Below, piece by piece: positions 60,130 to 64,000 of a stretch of DNA of 64,000 nucleotides. The stretch covers positions 42,284,001 to 42,348,000 of the forward strand of contig NC_135809.1 of assembly GCF_964213995.1 (NCBI RefSeq), given 5' to 3'. Every line of letters starts with the position of its first letter. Position 1 is the first letter of the stretch. The position numbers and the translations under genes are program-made. The DNA is from Mustelus asterias. Its lineage: Eukaryota. The notes under the pieces are model-generated. The model was given only the letters and a program-made list of their open reading frames with translations, was not told the DNA's origin and ran no database searches.

Positions 60130-62832
60130 TCTCAGCTGATTCTATACAGAATTGTTGCAGTGCAGGAGGTCAGTCGGCCCATTGTGTCTGCACCAGCACT
60201 GCAAATGAGCATTTCACCTAGTGTTACTCTCCTGCCTTCTCCTTATTGCCCTTCAGTTTGTTTTTTAAAAAATAATTATCTAATTCCCTCTTAAATGCCC
60301 CCATTAAACCTGCCTCCAGCACTCTCTCAGGAAGTGCATTTCAGACCCTAACCACTCACTGTGTGAAAAATTATTTTCTCATATCTCTTTTAACAGACTA
60401 GGTGAAAAGGTAAAACTGCGGCAGATGGATTTAAATCTAAACAAGCATGAGGTTATTCATTTTGGACCGAAAAAGAATAGATCAGAGTACTTTCTCGATG
60501 GTATGAAGTTAAATACAGTAGATGTCCAAAGAGACTTGGGGGTTCAGGGGCATAGACCTTTAAAATAAGAAGGCTAATGGAATGCTAGCCTTGAAATCCA
60601 GAGGACAAATACAAGGATGCAGAAGTTATGCTGCTGCTATATAAAACCCTGGTTAGACCCCACTTAAAAAGTACTGTGAGCAGATCTGGGCACAACACCT
60701 TAGGAAGGATATACTGGCCTTGGACAGAGTGCAACGTCGGTTTCCAAGAATGATACCTGGAGTTTAGGGTTTTAATTATAGGAGAGATTATACAAATTAA
60801 ATCTGATTTCTCTAGAATTTAGAAGATTAAGGGCTGATTCAATCAAAGACTTCAAGTTACCAACAGGAAAATACAGGGTAGATAAAGATAAACTGTTTCC
60901 ACTGATTGGAAATTCTAGAACTAGGGGGCATAGTCTAAAAATTAGACCATTCAGGAGAGATGTTAGGAAGCACTTTTACATACAAAGGGTGCTAGAGGTT
61001 TGGAACTCTCTTCCACAAACATCAGTTGATGCTAGATCAGTTGCTATCTTTATTTAAATCTGGGTTAGATTTATTTTGTTAAGCAAAGGTATTAAGGGAT
61101 CTGGGCCAAAGACAGGTATCTGAAGTTAGGCCACAGATCAGCCATGATCTCATTAAATGGTGGAACATACTCGATGGGCTGAATGACCTACTCCTGTTCA
61201 GATGTTGACTCTTTTGTCGGTGACTTTATATGTGTACAGTCGTTCATGGTCCTTTCAGTAGGAACAGTTTCTCTTTATATACTTTGTCCAGACCCTTCAT
61301 GATTTTGAATACAACGATCAAATCTCCTCTCAGCCTTCATTTCTCCATAAAAATAATCCCAACTTCACGAATTTTACTTCATAACTCAAGTTGCTCATCC
61401 CTGGAAACATTGTTGTAAACCTCTTCTGCACCCTCTGCAATTTCTTCACATCTTTCCGAAATGCAGTGCCCAGAATTGTACATAATGTTTCAGCTGAGGT
61501 CTAACTGGTGTCAAATACAAATTGAACATTAGCTCCTTGCTCTTATACTCTATGCCCCTATTTGATAAAGCCGAGGACATTGTTTTTTAACTGCTGTCTC
61601 AACCATCCTATTATCTTTCATGACTTATGCACATATACACGCAGGTCCCTCTGCGCTGTTCCCTATCTCCGTGCATAAATTCCCTTTTTGATCCCTAATT
61701 CGCTGTTTGTTTTACCACCCTTTGAGTATTTAGATAGCTGTAGAAAACTTGGAATTCTTTTTTTATATTGCCTGCCAGTCCTTTTTCATACCATCTATGG
61801 GTGGGATTTTCTGGCCACCCGAAAACCAGAAAATCCTGCCTGAGGTCAACGGGCCTTGGCATGGTTTGCCTCCCGCCCATTACGATTCTCGTGGCGGGCG
61901 TGATGGGAAAATTCCTCCCTTTGTTTATTCCTTTCCCTTCTGAACTTTGATATTCAGCCTGGTTCTCCATTGTATTATCCACCTAATACCAGTCATAAAC
62001 ACACTTTCTCTTCTTTATCTTCATTTCTATCTCCTTTTTCATCCAGGAAGCTCTGGATTTATTGGTCCTATCTTTCCCTTTTGAGGGAATATACCTTGAC
62101 TGTGTCTGAACCGTCTCTTTGAAGGTAGCTACCATTTCTCCTGCCAACATTTGGTTCCAATTTATTCAGCTTAGGTTCATTCTTACCCCATTGAAGTTAG
62201 TTTCCCCCCAAATAATTCTTACTCAGGATTGTTCATTGTACTTTTCCATGGTCATCTTGAACCTTGTGATATAATGATCAGTGTCCTCTAAATGTTCTTC
62301 CACTGACAGTATCTATTTAGCCCACCTCATTGTCGTGAACTATGTTTTGCAGTGCCTCCATTCTTGTTGGACTGGACACATTCCTTAACACACTTGAGGA
62401 ACTCTTGCCCAACTCTGCCCTTTATATGGCCATTATATTCAGGTAAAGTCCCCAATTATAACTACTCTTTAATTTTTGCACCTCTCTGGAATTTCCTCGC
62501 AGATTTGCTCCTCTACATCCTTCCTACTAGTTGATGGCCGAACAACTACACCAGACAATGTAACTGTATCTTTTTTGTTCTTTAGCTCTTTCTTTAGCAG
62601 TATCAAACATATTATGTCCTTGACCCCTTTGGGATATTGTTCTCCAACACTGCAATGCTTTCCTTAATCAATATTGCCACCTCTTCCTCTTTAGTTCATT
62701 TTGAACCTTTCCTGAACATTTTGTATCCAGGAATATTTAATACCCAGTCCTGCCCTTTCTTGGGCCAGGTTTCTGTTAGAGCCACGCTGCCATAATTCCA
62801 CATGGCAATCTGCACCTGTAATTCACTGATCT
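60130..62832. mobile_element. Cluster of CR1 fragments: 60130-60390 (-), 60400-61205 (+), 61230-61680 (-), 61680-62832 (-, EN/tether)
   Basis: WQM.FN..K.EVIHFG, LVRPHL and 3' UTR gatcagccatgatctcatt on +; VALTETW..GQDWVLNIPGY on - (62696-62878). Confidence 0.82.
61798..61916. mobile_element. Short MITE-like repeat, copy 2, inserted in a CR1 fragment
   Basis: gggattttctggcc...gggaaaattcc termini; reverse-complement homolog of 11306-11441. Confidence 0.6.
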
Positions 62833-62851
62833 TACATACATACACAGTAAT

Positions 62852-63065
62852 AAAAGCAAAATACAGCCAATGCTGCAAATCAGAAATAAAACCAGAAAAT
62901 GCTGGATAAACTCAGCAGGTCCGGCAGTAGCTGTGGAGAGGGAAACAGAGTTAACATTTCAAGTCCATAGAACTGTACTGAAAGGGTCATAAGGAGTCGA
63001 AACAGTAACATCATTTCTCGCTCCACTGATCTGCTGAGTTTATCCAGTATTTTCTGTTTTAATTA
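62852..63065. repeat. Palindromic element made of inverted Penelope pLTR-type arms
   Basis: cagaaaatgctggataaactcagcag (about 62893-62918) pairs with ctgctgagtttatccagtattttctg (63031-63056). Confidence 0.75.
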
Positions 63066-63077
63066 CATACACAGGAA

Positions 63078-63294
63078 GTAAAAGTAAAGGTGCCATAGTC
63101 CCAGATGACTATAGGCTGCTCTCCCCTTTGAGACGGGGAGCTGACTGATGGTCATTTAACCTGAGGATCATTATGCTTTGAATAAAGGGCAAAGTTGAGA
63201 AGGCAGGGCTTTCATGAATAAGTTCAGCCAGTACGGGAATTGAACGCATGCTGTTGATGCTGCACTGCATCACAAATCAGCCATCCAGCCAACT
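63078..63294 (-). mobile_element. tRNA-derived SINE of a third family
   Basis: Reverse complement reads cagttggctggatggctg..(box A-like)...gttcaattccc (box B-like)...tail ctatggcacctttactttt. Confidence 0.6.
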
Positions 63295-64000
63295 GGAGGC
63301 CTGTGACTAGTGGTGTTCCGCAGGGCTCTGTATTGGGACCTCTGCTGTTTGTGATTTATATAAACGATCTGGAAGAAGGTGTAACTGGGGTGATCAGTAA
63401 GTTTGCGGACGACACGAAAATGGCTGGACTTGCACATGGTGAGGGACATTGTCAGAGGCTACAGAAGGATATAGATAGGCTGGAAATTTGGGCAAAGAAA
63501 TGGCAGATGGAGTTCAATCCAGATAAATGCGAAGTGATGCATTTTGGTAGAACTAACGTACGGGGGAGCTATACGATAAATGACAGAACCATAAAGGGTG
63601 TAGATACGCAGAGGGACCTGGGTGTGCAAGTCCACAGATCCTTGAAGGTGACGCCTCAGGTGCAGAAGGTAGTGAAGAAGGCATATGGCATGCTTGCCTT
63701 TATAGGACGGGGCACAGAGTATAAAAGTTGGGGTCTGATGTTGCAGTTGTATAGAACGTTGGTTCGGCCGCATTTGGAATACTGCGCCCAGTTCTGGTCA
63801 CCACACTACCAGAAGGACGTGGAGGCTTTAGAGAGAGTACAGAGGAGGTTTACCAGGATGTTGCCTGGTATGGAAGGGCTTAGTTATGAGGAGGGATTGG
63901 GTAAACTGGGATTGTTCTCACTGGAAAGATGGAGGATGAGGGGTGACCTAATAGAGGTGTATAAAATTATGAAAGGCATAGATAGGGTGAACGGTGGGAA
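63292..64000 (+). mobile_element. 5'-truncated CR1 RT fragment running off the window
   Basis: VTSGVPQGSVLGPLLFVIYINDLEEG..SKFADDTK..WQMEFN..LVRPHLEYCAQFWSP. Confidence 0.93.

Noticed and set aside
1-64000. CRISPR arrays, operons or prokaryotic defence systems
   Set aside because: The sequence is eukaryotic intronic DNA, and there is no regularly spaced repeat-spacer array.

Overview
This is vertebrate nuclear DNA. The repeat complement (CR1/HER1-like LINEs, HE1/V-SINEs, Deu-domain SINEs, Neptune-type Penelope elements) points to a cartilaginous fish, probably a shark; this is an inference. The window lies inside a large minus-strand gene: three phase-0 coding exons (45930-46067, 30573-30713, 28828-28968) encode the coiled-coil region of ERC1 (ELKS/RAB6IP2). 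The introns are dense with transposable elements: one essentially full-length young CR1 (esterase ORF1, intact 944-codon EN/RT ORF2), many CR1 fragments, a decayed L1, a decayed RTE, Rex1 and L2 fragments, Penelope pieces, a decayed GalEa-type Ty1/Copia element, probable solo LTRs, a hAT/Charlie non-autonomous element, a small MITE-like family and several SINE families. The most interesting signal is at the CR1 ORF1/ORF2 junction: a correctly phased U_UUA_AAC slippery heptamer directly before the ORF1 stop, with an ATG-less ORF2 in the -1 frame, suggesting programmed -1 ribosomal frameshifting. All family assignments come from reading and motif recall, with no database search. Boundaries of decayed elements are approximate.
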